Shown: positions 17,574 through 24,288 of the stretch, in pieces
Layout: every line of letters starts with the position of its first letter
Position numbering within the stretch: position 1 is the stretch's first letter
DNA from: a virus
Taxonomy: Duplodnaviria; Caudoviricetes
IMG/VR virus record: IMGVR_UViG_3300020129_000077
Span: 1-24,288 of that record
DNA length: 24,288 bases
Direction: 5' to 3' (one strand)
Notes under the pieces: model-generated
What the model was told of the DNA's origin: nothing
Database searches by the model: none
The model's input: only the letters and a program-made list of their open reading frames with translations
Translations under genes and position numbers: made by a program

Positions 17574-18355
17574 GAGTGGAGCGGGCGGATCGGAATCACA
17601 CCGTCCCCTGCGGTTGGAGCCGCCGTGCCGTTCTCAGCACTTCGCCCGCGCGATTGTCCGCGATACATGCCCGCGCCACGGGCAGCGATGGCCGCGAACG
17701 GCAGGACCGGCACCGTCAGCCGCGCCCGCGCGCTCGCGTGCAGGAAATAGAGATACCGCAGCTGATACCCGGCGACGACCGCGCCGCCCGTCTCGCGCGC
17801 GTACGCGCCCAGGTCATACGCGCCGCCCGTCACGGCGAAATAGGATCGGCCGCCGAGTTCGGCCCGCGGCGCGGTCGGGTTCGATTCGAGCGTCATCTTG
17901 TGAATGACGACGCCATCGCGCCGCCGGACCAGATTCCGACTTTCGACGATGCCCGTCAGGACGAACCCGGTCGCGCGGTAGATCGTCCCGTCGCCGCACT
18001 GCGTCGCGTCGGCGTAACTGACGACCCATTGCAGCCACGGGTACGTCACGCGCAACCAGCGCAACGCGTACCCGATCGCGCGGCTTTCGCTGTTGCGTGG
18101 CAACCAGTCGGCCAGGGCGAGCCGATTGAGTTCGATGAACTCGTGCCACTGGGTGCCCGCGACCAGCCCGATCACTTTTCGCTTGTCGAGCGATGGCCCG
18201 AACTGGAGCGCGCCGCCGCAGCGGCCGTCGAGGAACACGCCGAGATGGATTTGAGAATTGCGAACGACTTTCCCGCTGTAGTGAATGGCGCGGATCAGCC
18301 GGTTCGCGTCGGCCGCGGCAATCGGATAGACGAGAATCCGTTTCGCATCACTCAC
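17570..18355 (-). CDS. mom: Mom-family adenine modification enzyme (GNAT fold)
   Basis: HYSGKV, ELNRL, PRNSESRAIGYAL, WVVSYAD, GTIYRATGF match motifs recalled for phage Mu Mom. Confidence 0.85.
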   Translation of the reverse strand: MSDAKRILVYPIAAADANRLIRAIHYSGKVVRNSQIHLGVFLDGRCGGALQFGPSLDKRKVIGLVAGTQWHEFIELNRLALADWLPRNSESRAIGYALRWLRVTYPWLQWVVSYADATQCGDGTIYRATGFVLTGIVESRNLVRRRDGVVIHKMTLESNPTAPRAELGGRSYFAVTGGAYDLGAYARETGGAVVAGYQLRYLYFLHASARARLTVPVLPFAAIAARGAGMYRGQSRGRSAENGTAAPTAGDGVIPIRPLHS

Positions 18356-18950
18356 AGTACGCCTGACAAATCAGCGCGAGCGCGTTGCCGTTCCCGTTGG
18401 CGTTGACGGAGGACGTCGCCCCCGCGGCCTTCGCTTTCTCGATCGCGGCGCGGACCGTGCCCGCTTGGTCGCGATGGAGAATGAACGTGATCTGCTCGAA
18501 GTCCTCTTTGCCGCCCTGCAGCATCGCCGGCGCGTCGACGGCGTCGGCCCGGATCGCCTGCAGCAACGCGGCCAGCTCGTCCTCCGTCCAGTACGGCGCG
18601 AGCGTCAGCCCGGCGTCGACGTCGGCGCGCAGCTGCTCGGGATTCCACGCGGCGAGTTCCGCGGATCGATTGTCGTACATGGCGAGCGCCCGCTTTTGCT
18701 CGGCCGTCAGCCCGGTCCGGCGCACGGCGATAATCGTCGCGCCGTCGGCGTCGACGACCTGCACGCGCGTCAGGCCCGCGGCGACCGCGGCTTCGGTGAC
18801 GCCATTGCCCGCCAGGACGACGTTGTCCTCGTCGATCACAATCGACCGCGCCGCGCCGACGTCCCGCAGCGCATCGACGACCAGGCCGAGGTTCCGCGCG
18901 TTGTGCACGCGCCGATTCGCGGGATCGGGGACCAGCTCGGCGACCGTCAT
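18348..18950 (-). CDS. ParB/Srx N-terminal domain protein (start may be 19061)
   Basis: LVPDPANRRVH...SIVIDEDNVVLAGNG...ALAMYDNRSAELAAW; overlaps mom start. Confidence 0.8.
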   Translation of the reverse strand: MTVAELVPDPANRRVHNARNLGLVVDALRDVGAARSIVIDEDNVVLAGNGVTEAAVAAGLTRVQVVDADGATIIAVRRTGLTAEQKRALAMYDNRSAELAAWNPEQLRADVDAGLTLAPYWTEDELAALLQAIRADAVDAPAMLQGGKEDFEQITFILHRDQAGTVRAAIEKAKAAGATSSVNANGNGNALALICQAYCE

Positions 18951-18988
18951 CTGACCCCCGCGCGACCCCCCCGAAACCTCTACGTTTT

Positions 18989-19180
18989 GGCCCGGTTTCG
19001 CGATTTCGCGATTTCCGGCCCGATTTCGCGGTTTTGACCCCATTTTCAGGCCCGGTTTCATTGCCCCCCCGCAGTCAATTTCGCGGCATGCTGCACTAGG
19101 GCGGGGACCGGTCCCCCGGTGGCTTTCCATTCAGTCGCTGCATACCCCCCCTGGGGTATTTCGGGCCAATTCGGGCCAAT
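18989..19180. other. Candidate cos packaging region
   Basis: Downstream of HNH and upstream of terS; palindrome GGGGACCGGTCCCC (19103-19116), TTTCGCG x4, tandem TCGGGCCAAT x2. Confidence 0.55.
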
Positions 19181-19266
19181 TCCGACTCCGTGCCACTTCG
19201 CGGTTCGGCGAAGTGGCGCTCTCGAATCGCGTGACCGATTGCCCGGATCGGGTGTGACCAGTCCCG

Positions 19267-19623
19267 TCACAGGCCGGCGCTCGATTTCCGCGAATGACAG
19301 GCGGCGCACAACGATTGCCAGTTGCCGAGTTCATCCCAGAACAATCGACGATCGCCGTGATGCGGGACGACGTGGTCGACCACGTCCGCGAGCGTCGTCC
19401 GGCGTTCCTCGTGGCAGCGCGACATCACCGGCGCCACGTCACCGGGACGCATCCCGCACAACGGATACCGGGCGCGAAACAGGCGCGCGCGTCGTGCCCA
19501 TCGATTGCCGTACCCGCGCGCCTGGCGCGTGCCCCGATCGCGGTCGACGATGCGCGCGTGCGCGGCGCACCGGCCGCGCGCCACGATCACGCTGCATCCA
19601 GGCTCCGCGCAATACGCGCTCAT
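19267..19623 (-). CDS. HNH endonuclease (terminase-associated, HK97 gp74-like)
   Basis: CAEPGC...RCAAH, RGYGNRW, VVDHVVPHHGD...NWQSLCAACHSRK. Confidence 0.9.
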   Translation of the reverse strand: MSAYCAEPGCSVIVARGRCAAHARIVDRDRGTRQARGYGNRWARRARLFRARYPLCGMRPGDVAPVMSRCHEERRTTLADVVDHVVPHHGDRRLFWDELGNWQSLCAACHSRKSSAGL

Positions 19624-19829
19624 CAGGACTTCTCGACGTAGACGGCGTGCAGCCATCGAACCGCTGCGGCAATCGCGCGAGGTTCGGCGCCCTCGACCGT
19701 GCGAACAAACAACTCCAAGGCTCGGACCGTTGGGTCCCGTTGGCGTCGCTTCCGCTTCGGCGTTCGCGGCGTCGGTACCTCGTCTGAAAAGAATTCAGCG
19801 GCAAGTTTGGCGGTTTCGTCGTTTGTCAT
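19623..19829 (-). CDS. Hypothetical protein (68 aa)
   Basis: TGATG coupling to HNH; fits operon tiling. Confidence 0.65.
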   Translation of the reverse strand: MTNDETAKLAAEFFSDEVPTPRTPKRKRRQRDPTVRALELFVRTVEGAEPRAIAAAVRWLHAVYVEKS

Positions 19830-19832
19830 CCC

Positions 19833-19994
19833 CTAGTCTCCGGGCAGTGGCGGCCTGGCGCCGCGCGCGCGCTCGAGGCGGTCGACGCGTACGGCCAGGT
19901 CCTCGCCGAGGACTTGCCACGCATGCGCGATGACCAGTGCCGCGGTCGCGAGCAGAATCGCGGCAATCGCGAGGACCAGCGCGACGGTCAGCAC
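19833..19994 (-). CDS. Small single-TM membrane protein (53 aa)
   Basis: Not in ORF track; MLTVALVLAIAAILLATAALVIAHAWQVLGEDLAVRVDRLERARGARPPLPGD; stop 3 nt before next ATG. Confidence 0.6.
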   Translation of the reverse strand: MLTVALVLAIAAILLATAALVIAHAWQVLGEDLAVRVDRLERARGARPPLPGD

Positions 19995-20010
19995 GGCCGA
20001 TCGTTCCGTG

Positions 20011-20086
20011 TCGACGCGGCGGCGGCGTGAGCCTTTCGCGGAGGGACAGCCGCGAGCACCCAGACCTCACGCGCCGCCCGCGTCGA
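20011..20086. other. Long intergenic stem-loop
   Basis: TCGACGCGG/CCGCGTCGA outer stem, GCGTGAG/CTCACGC middle stem, TCGCGG/CCGCGA inner stem. Confidence 0.6.
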
Positions 20087-20088
20087 GT

Positions 20089-20541
20089 TCATCTTCGCCA
20101 CGTCCCGCTGACCGAGATCGTGTTGAGCGAAAAATCGGACGCGTTCGCTTCACGAAACAGCGATCCATTGGCGAAGATTTGGACCTGCATCACGGGAACG
20201 TTCACCGAAAACGGGTACCCCGTCGGCGTCGCTTCGAGCGACAGGAACATCGTCGTCTGCGCGGTCTGAATCGAGATCGAATACGGCAGCACGGTCGTCA
20301 CGAGCGTCAGGCCGTCGACCGGATCGGAGAAGCGCACCTTGGCGAGGATCGGATTGCCGTTCACGCGAAACTCGATCACGTTGAGCGGCACCGGTGTCGC
20401 GGTCGGCGTCGGTGTCGGCGTCGGGACGGGCGACGGGAGGACGTTGATCGTGTCGCGGCAGCCCAGGCATAGCAGCCCGGTGCACGCGGTAAACGTGACG
20501 CACGTCCAGACGATCGGGAGCGATCGCAGCGTTTTCGTCAT
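20089..20541 (-). CDS. Putative lipoprotein (150 aa) with PT linker and beta-sandwich domain
   Basis: AAGGAG/GAGG upstream of ATG; signal-like N-terminus ending LCLG-C; PSPVPTPTPTPTATP linker. Confidence 0.7.
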   Translation of the reverse strand: MTKTLRSLPIVWTCVTFTACTGLLCLGCRDTINVLPSPVPTPTPTPTATPVPLNVIEFRVNGNPILAKVRFSDPVDGLTLVTTVLPYSISIQTAQTTMFLSLEATPTGYPFSVNVPVMQVQIFANGSLFREANASDFSLNTISVSGTWRR

Positions 20542-20564
20542 GTGCCTCTGCTCCTTCGTGGCGG

Positions 20565-20984
20565 TCATTCCGCCCACGTATTCACCCAGCCGCCGGCGGT
20601 CAGGTACTCGATCACTTCGTCGACGCCGCCGACGACGTGCGCCACTCCGGCGCGGAGATTGAGTTCGCGAAACGCGACCTGCTCGATCGACAACGTCCCG
20701 CCGCGGCCTTTGCACTCGATCCAGACCTGCGTCCAGCCGCGGGCCGGCTGGCGTTTCGGCGGCGGCAGATACGCGACCAGGTCGGCGAGACCCGGCGATT
20801 GCCGGGTCGTCGGATCGGTCGATGGCGCGCCGCAGGTCCCGCAGCACGTCGCGCGCGTCGTCCCGATCGTTTTCACGACGCCGCCGAGCAGCTCGATCAG
20901 GTTCTTGATCGAGCCTTGTTCCGCCCGCTCATCGTTGACGGGTCGCCGGAACGTGACGCCGTGCGACGTGATCGTGTCCTTCAC
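20565..20984 (-). CDS. VRR-NUC domain nuclease (PD-(D/E)xK)
   Basis: PGLADL...WIECKGRGGTLSIEQVAF; GTGA overlap with upstream gene. Confidence 0.85.
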   Translation of the reverse strand: MKDTITSHGVTFRRPVNDERAEQGSIKNLIELLGGVVKTIGTTRATCCGTCGAPSTDPTTRQSPGLADLVAYLPPPKRQPARGWTQVWIECKGRGGTLSIEQVAFRELNLRAGVAHVVGGVDEVIEYLTAGGWVNTWAE

Positions 20985-21208
20985 TCGTCGTCGCCGTCCA
21001 AGTTGAAGAGCGGCAATTCGCCCTCGTCGCGCGCGGCCGTGCGCAACCGAATCACCAGCCCGTCGTGCGCTTCCCGTAGTTCGGACAAGTGCGCGCGACA
21101 CGCGGCAATCTCGTCGGTCTTGAGTGCGATTTGGCGTTCAAGTACCGCCATTTGGTGAAAGCGGCGCGCGGCGCGTTCCTGCGTAATGTTGCCGGTCGGT
21201 TTTGTCAT
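20981..21208 (-). CDS. Coiled-coil protein (75 aa) ending ELPLFNLDGDDE
   Basis: ATG 21208 after GAGGTG; heptad pattern; acidic tail. Confidence 0.7.
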   Translation of the reverse strand: MTKPTGNITQERAARRFHQMAVLERQIALKTDEIAACRAHLSELREAHDGLVIRLRTAARDEGELPLFNLDGDDE

Positions 21209-21222
21209 ACACACCTCGACGC

Positions 21223-22020
21223 TTAGAACACCGGCTCGGGCGACGCCAGATCGCGGAGCGTGATGATCTCGCGGCCGAATTTTGTCTCCCTGAACACGGC
21301 TTCGAGTTTGGCGCCGGCCTCCTGCGCGGCCTTCGCCATCTCGGCGAGTTCGCGCCGGAACGTCGCGTACTGGATGCGGTCCGGCGTGATGATCGTGAAT
21401 TTCGTCCCGCCGTTCGATGTCGCCTTCTGGCGAATCTCGCCGACGCTGATGGTCACCGTCTCCAGCGCGCCGGCGGGCGGCGGCGAGGCGGGCGCCGGCG
21501 GCCGGGCCTCCTCGCCGGGCGGGATGAGTTCCTCGGCGGGTGTGGCCTTGTACCCGGCCAGCACGACGACCCAGGCGAGCACGTTCCGCAGCACCTTCGC
21601 GCACGCGCGCGTCTGTGCCATCGATCGCAGCTGGAAGAGCGGGCGCGTGCGCCAGTGCGGCTCGTCGGTCAGACACGACGCCTCGGCGGCCGAGATTTCC
21701 GCGCCATCGGATCGCAGCGCGACGGCGCGCGCGTCGAACCCGCGCAGGTTCGCGAATTCGACGAAGTGCGTCTCGACGACCTTCGCGCTGATGCCGTAGA
21801 ACCGGCCCAGCGTTTGCCAATCTTCGAATTCGAGGTACACCTCGCCGTTCAGGACGACCTTCCGCGGCTTGGCGTCGAGGACGTCGGCCAGGGCGCGGGC
21901 GGCGCGCCGGGCCTCGGCGAGCACGATCTCGGGTGTCCGCGACAGATGTAGATCGGGCGCGAGCGGCGCCAAGGCGTCGGGCGCCTCTGGGACGACGACG
22001 GGGGTCAGCGCGGTCGTCAT
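21223..22020 (-). CDS. Putative single-strand annealing recombinase (Rad52/RecT-like superfamily)
   Basis: YLEFEDWQTLG, RSMAQTRACAKVLR, TPAEEL, Pro linker and small C-terminal domain; ATGA-coupled start after AAGGA. Confidence 0.68.
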   Translation of the reverse strand: MTTALTPVVVPEAPDALAPLAPDLHLSRTPEIVLAEARRAARALADVLDAKPRKVVLNGEVYLEFEDWQTLGRFYGISAKVVETHFVEFANLRGFDARAVALRSDGAEISAAEASCLTDEPHWRTRPLFQLRSMAQTRACAKVLRNVLAWVVVLAGYKATPAEELIPPGEEARPPAPASPPPAGALETVTISVGEIRQKATSNGGTKFTIITPDRIQYATFRRELAEMAKAAQEAGAKLEAVFRETKFGREIITLRDLASPEPVF

Positions 22021-22220
22021 GCGTGCGTCCTTTCGAGTTGCCGCGCCATCGCTTCGAGTTCGGCGACGAGGCGCGTGTTCTGCCACCAGGCGGCCTCGGC
22101 GATCGCGTTCGCCTGGTCGCGCTCGGCCGTCATGCGCGCGAGCCGTTCCGTCAGATCCGCGATCCGCATCGTCGCGCGTTCGACGACGGTGCCCATCTCC
22201 TCAAACGTCATGCCGGTCAT
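22017..22220 (-). CDS. Hypothetical coiled-coil protein (67 aa)
   Basis: ATGA overlaps on both sides; heptad pattern. Confidence 0.68.
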   Translation of the reverse strand: MTGMTFEEMGTVVERATMRIADLTERLARMTAERDQANAIAEAAWWQNTRLVAELEAMARQLERTHA

Positions 22221-22840
22221 GCTCGTCTCCGGGCGCGCGCGGTCTGCGCCGCATCGATGGCCTTCCGTGTGAGTTCGGCGCCGGGCCGGAGCGCTTGGTC
22301 GGCGCAGGCGCGTTTGAAGCTCTCGGCCAAGGCGCCGAGATCGTCCGTGTGCTCGCGGCGCAGGACCTGGGACGCGATCGCGGCGTAGACGCGAAACGGG
22401 ACCGGACGCAACGCGGCCGGTTTAAGATCTTGATCTTGATCTCTACCGGATCTAGGTACCGAAGATCCTGACGGGCCAGGCACAACCTTGGGCACGCCTT
22501 GGGCGCGCCTTGGTGGTGGCGGCGGCGGCAGAAAACTCGGGGTCTCGCGTGGATGCGGGCGCTGATGTTTGCAAAACGATGGCAGCGCGAGGCAGCGAGT
22601 GTACGCGACGGTGTAACTTTTTACGATCCCGGCGCGCGTGAGCGCCGCGATGAGCGGCCGAATGCGGACCCGCTCGTACGGAAAGATCGCGGCCTTGATG
22701 CGCTCCGGGCGGTCCTCGAGGCGCCCTTCCCGATCCGCGAGACACCACAGCCCGGCGAACAGCAGCCGCGCCCGCACGGGCAGCCGCGCGAGTTCTTCAT
22801 TCGTGAAAAAGCCGGGTTTCAACAGGCGCGCCCGCATCAT
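22217..22840 (-). CDS. Phage replication initiator-like protein
   Basis: RARLLKPGFFTNEEL...RLLFAGLWCLADREGR...IKAAIFPY N-terminus; DQDQD linker; position after cro/xis. Confidence 0.75.
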   Translation of the reverse strand: MMRARLLKPGFFTNEELARLPVRARLLFAGLWCLADREGRLEDRPERIKAAIFPYERVRIRPLIAALTRAGIVKSYTVAYTRCLALPSFCKHQRPHPRETPSFLPPPPPPRRAQGVPKVVPGPSGSSVPRSGRDQDQDLKPAALRPVPFRVYAAIASQVLRREHTDDLGALAESFKRACADQALRPGAELTRKAIDAAQTARARRRA

Positions 22841-23139
22841 TGCACCCGGTCTGACCCGAGTGGCCCGTCGATCGCGTGAGTCGCGCGGTACCGCTCCAGC
22901 ACGCGCTCGTAGTTGTCGCGCAGCTCGCGGACGTCATCGCGCATCCGTTGCACGTCGTCGACCCGCAGCTGGTGCAACGCGTCGAGGCGCTCGATCGCGG
23001 CGTCAACGTCGTCCTCGGCGCGGGTGACCCGCACCTGCAAGTCGCCCATCGCGTGCCGCGCCGCCGCGAGCCGGGCGCGGAGCACCTGGATCGCGACCGC
23101 GAAGAGCACTAGGACGCCGACGACCGCTAGGGCGAGCAT
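22837..23139 (-). CDS. Membrane-anchored coiled-coil protein (100 aa)
   Basis: N-terminal MLALAVVGVLVLFAVAIQVL then heptads; TGATG coupling to AlpA gene. Confidence 0.68.
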   Translation of the reverse strand: MLALAVVGVLVLFAVAIQVLRARLAAARHAMGDLQVRVTRAEDDVDAAIERLDALHQLRVDDVQRMRDDVRELRDNYERVLERYRATHAIDGPLGSDRVQ

Positions 23140-23345
23140 CACGACGCGTGCCGCCTCGGCCGGCTGGCGATCCACGCGTCGAGGTCCTCGCGGCGCCAGC
23201 CGACCCGCCGCGGGCCGAGTTCGATGGCCGCGGGAAACGTCGGGTCTTGCCGCCAGCGCGACAACGTCGACATGCCGATCCCGAGGAACGCCGCGACGTC
23301 CCGCGCCGAGAGGATCGCCGTCGGGAACACGACGCGCGCTTTCAC
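23139..23345 (-). CDS. AlpA-family HTH protein, likely excisionase
   Basis: ILSARDVAAFLGIGMSTLSRW...FPAAIELGPRRVGWRREDLDAWI. Confidence 0.88.
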   Translation of the reverse strand: MKARVVFPTAILSARDVAAFLGIGMSTLSRWRQDPTFPAAIELGPRRVGWRREDLDAWIASRPRRHAS

Positions 23346-23566
23346 GACGCGCGCTCCTCGGCCGCGACGTACCGCGCCGGCGACCGGCCGAGCGCGCGCG
23401 CGAGCCGGCGCGCCATCTTCGGCGTTTGATGCTGGCCGTTGAGGAACCGCGTCACGCTCGACAACGCGACGGGCGGCTCGGCGTGTTTCGCGAGGTCGGT
23501 CGCGGACCAGCCGCGCGCCGCCATATCGCGGAGCATCAGCGTTTGGTCGTACTTGACGCGTTCCAT
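23342..23566 (-). CDS. Cro-like XRE HTH regulator
   Basis: RGWSATDLAKHA...SSVTRFLNG...RLARALG; divergent from repressor. Confidence 0.82.
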   Translation of the reverse strand: MERVKYDQTLMLRDMAARGWSATDLAKHAEPPVALSSVTRFLNGQHQTPKMARRLARALGRSPARYVAAEERAS

Positions 23567-23581
23567 AAACGGGGAGCGGTC

Positions 23582-23611
23582 AACCTAACTCCGCGCGCGT
23601 TCCTCTGTCAA
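23582..23611 (-). promoter_or_regulatory. Candidate lytic promoter: TTGACA-N18-TAGGTT
   Basis: Perfect -35 and plausible -10 just upstream of cro. Confidence 0.55.
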
Positions 23612-23683
23612 CCGGAAATTAGAAAAAAATTGCGTTCCGAATGACGCGCGCCCGATCCGCACGGGCCGGCGTGTTGCGAACTA

Positions 23684-23713
23684 TTGCGTTCTCGTGCAAC
23701 GCGGACGTAGAAT
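23684..23713 (+). promoter_or_regulatory. Candidate repressor promoter: TTGCGT-N18-TAGAAT
   Basis: -10 ends 12 nt before ATG 23726; no SD, so the mRNA would be near-leaderless. Confidence 0.45.
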
Positions 23714-23725
23714 CGCCCCGACAAG

Positions 23726-24217
23726 ATGGGACGACATCGGAAGGTCTACTATCCGGCGCTCGGGCGGTACTTCGTCACGCTCCGCGGGTCGGTCACGCAA
23801 CGCGCGGTCGTGCGGCTCGCGGCCGACCGCGGTCTCAGATTGGGGTATCAGACAGTCCGCGACCTCGAACACGGCAAGATCCAGCATCTGTCCCCGGCGT
23901 TGCTGGCGACGCTCGCGACGTTGTACGACGTGCCGTACAACGCGCTCGTTGCGCGGTTTGTGGAAACCGCGTACCGCATTCCGCACGCGCCATCATCCCA
24001 GGGGGGCGCACATGCGTCTCGTAGTCTCGAATCGTTCGCCGAAACCCGCGCCGCGTTGCGGCGCCTCGACCGCGCACTTGCCGGATGCCTTCACGCGCTC
24101 GCGAAGGCCCGCATCGATGTCGCCCGGACCATTGCTCGCCCGGCAAGTGTTGCTCCTCGCCGCCATCGATCCGACGGCCCTCTGCGTCGTGTCCGATCTG
24201 GTGACGGCGTTGCTTAA
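23726..24217 (+). CDS. CI-like XRE HTH repressor
   Basis: LGRYFVTLR...TQRAVV...YQTVRDLEHGKI...LATLATLYDV; divergent from cro; no peptidase S24 domain seen. Confidence 0.78.
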   Translation: MGRHRKVYYPALGRYFVTLRGSVTQRAVVRLAADRGLRLGYQTVRDLEHGKIQHLSPALLATLATLYDVPYNALVARFVETAYRIPHAPSSQGGAHASRSLESFAETRAALRRLDRALAGCLHALAKARIDVARTIARPASVAPRRHRSDGPLRRVRSGDGVA

Positions 24218-24288
24218 CGAACGTCGCCACCAGATCGCCATCGCGACCCGTCTCGAAAAAAATCGGGGGGGGGGGGGGGGCGGGGGAC
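24012..24288 (+). CDS. Possible ORF overlapping the repressor 3' end, open into the poly-G tract (partial)
   Basis: ATG 24012 after GGGGGG; MRLVVSNR...LLARQVLLLAAIDPTALCVVSDLVTALLNERR...EKNRGGG with no stop before window end. Confidence 0.4.
   Translation, partial: MRLVVSNRSPKPAPRCGASTAHLPDAFTRSRRPASMSPGPLLARQVLLLAAIDPTALCVVSDLVTALLNERRHQIAIATRLEKNRGGGGGGG
24265..24286 (+). repeat. G16-C-G5 tract at right end, preceded by A7
   Basis: Read directly. Confidence 0.9.

Larger units (their letters stand above)
1..24288. mobile_element. Temperate siphophage (HK97-like head, cos/HNH packaging), probably complete and in excised (attP) form
   Basis: Integrase, intact attP, immunity switch, replication, packaging, head and tail modules all present; no host genes seen; both ends stop in a + strand G run. 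Confidence 0.92.

Noticed and set aside
1-24288. Phage satellite (PICI, cf-PICI, P4-like) or gene transfer agent
   Set aside because: Despite the P4-like integrase and AlpA, it encodes its own complete head and tail, which argues against a satellite; integrase, attP, immunity and replication genes argue against a GTA
1-24288. Frequent GATC/CGATCG as a dedicated repeat or methylation signal
   Set aside because: Plausibly explained by ATC/GAT/TCG codon use in high-GC genes; enrichment cannot be shown without counting

Overview
The window looks like an essentially complete, compact (~24.3 kb), GC-rich temperate siphophage genome, opened at a poly-G tract present at both ends. Left end: two small basic/RHH genes, then an intact attP (3' half of tRNA-Pro(GGG) flanked on both sides by TGTGCCCCC arm repeats) and a tyrosine integrase. 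One long minus-strand operon runs from the right: Cro-like HTH, AlpA/Xis, replication initiator, single-strand annealing protein, VRR-NUC nuclease, lipoprotein, HNH, cos-like region, ParB-like protein, Mom-family adenine modifier, TerS, TerL, RHH, fused protease-capsid, Ig-like decoration protein, portal, collagen-like protein, head-tail connectors, tail tube, frameshifted tail chaperones, short tape measure, hub, tail fibre, a 47-aa membrane protein and a P(T/S/G)HPI-repeat protein. A divergent CI-like repressor lies at the right end. Main oddities: no recognisable endolysin, with a two-TM peptide and a PTHPI-repeat protein at the end of the late operon; nested domains in the tail hub; no Dit gene in the usual place; and a G tract crossed by an ORF overlapping the repressor. 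All calls come from motif recognition and gene order; no database searches were run.
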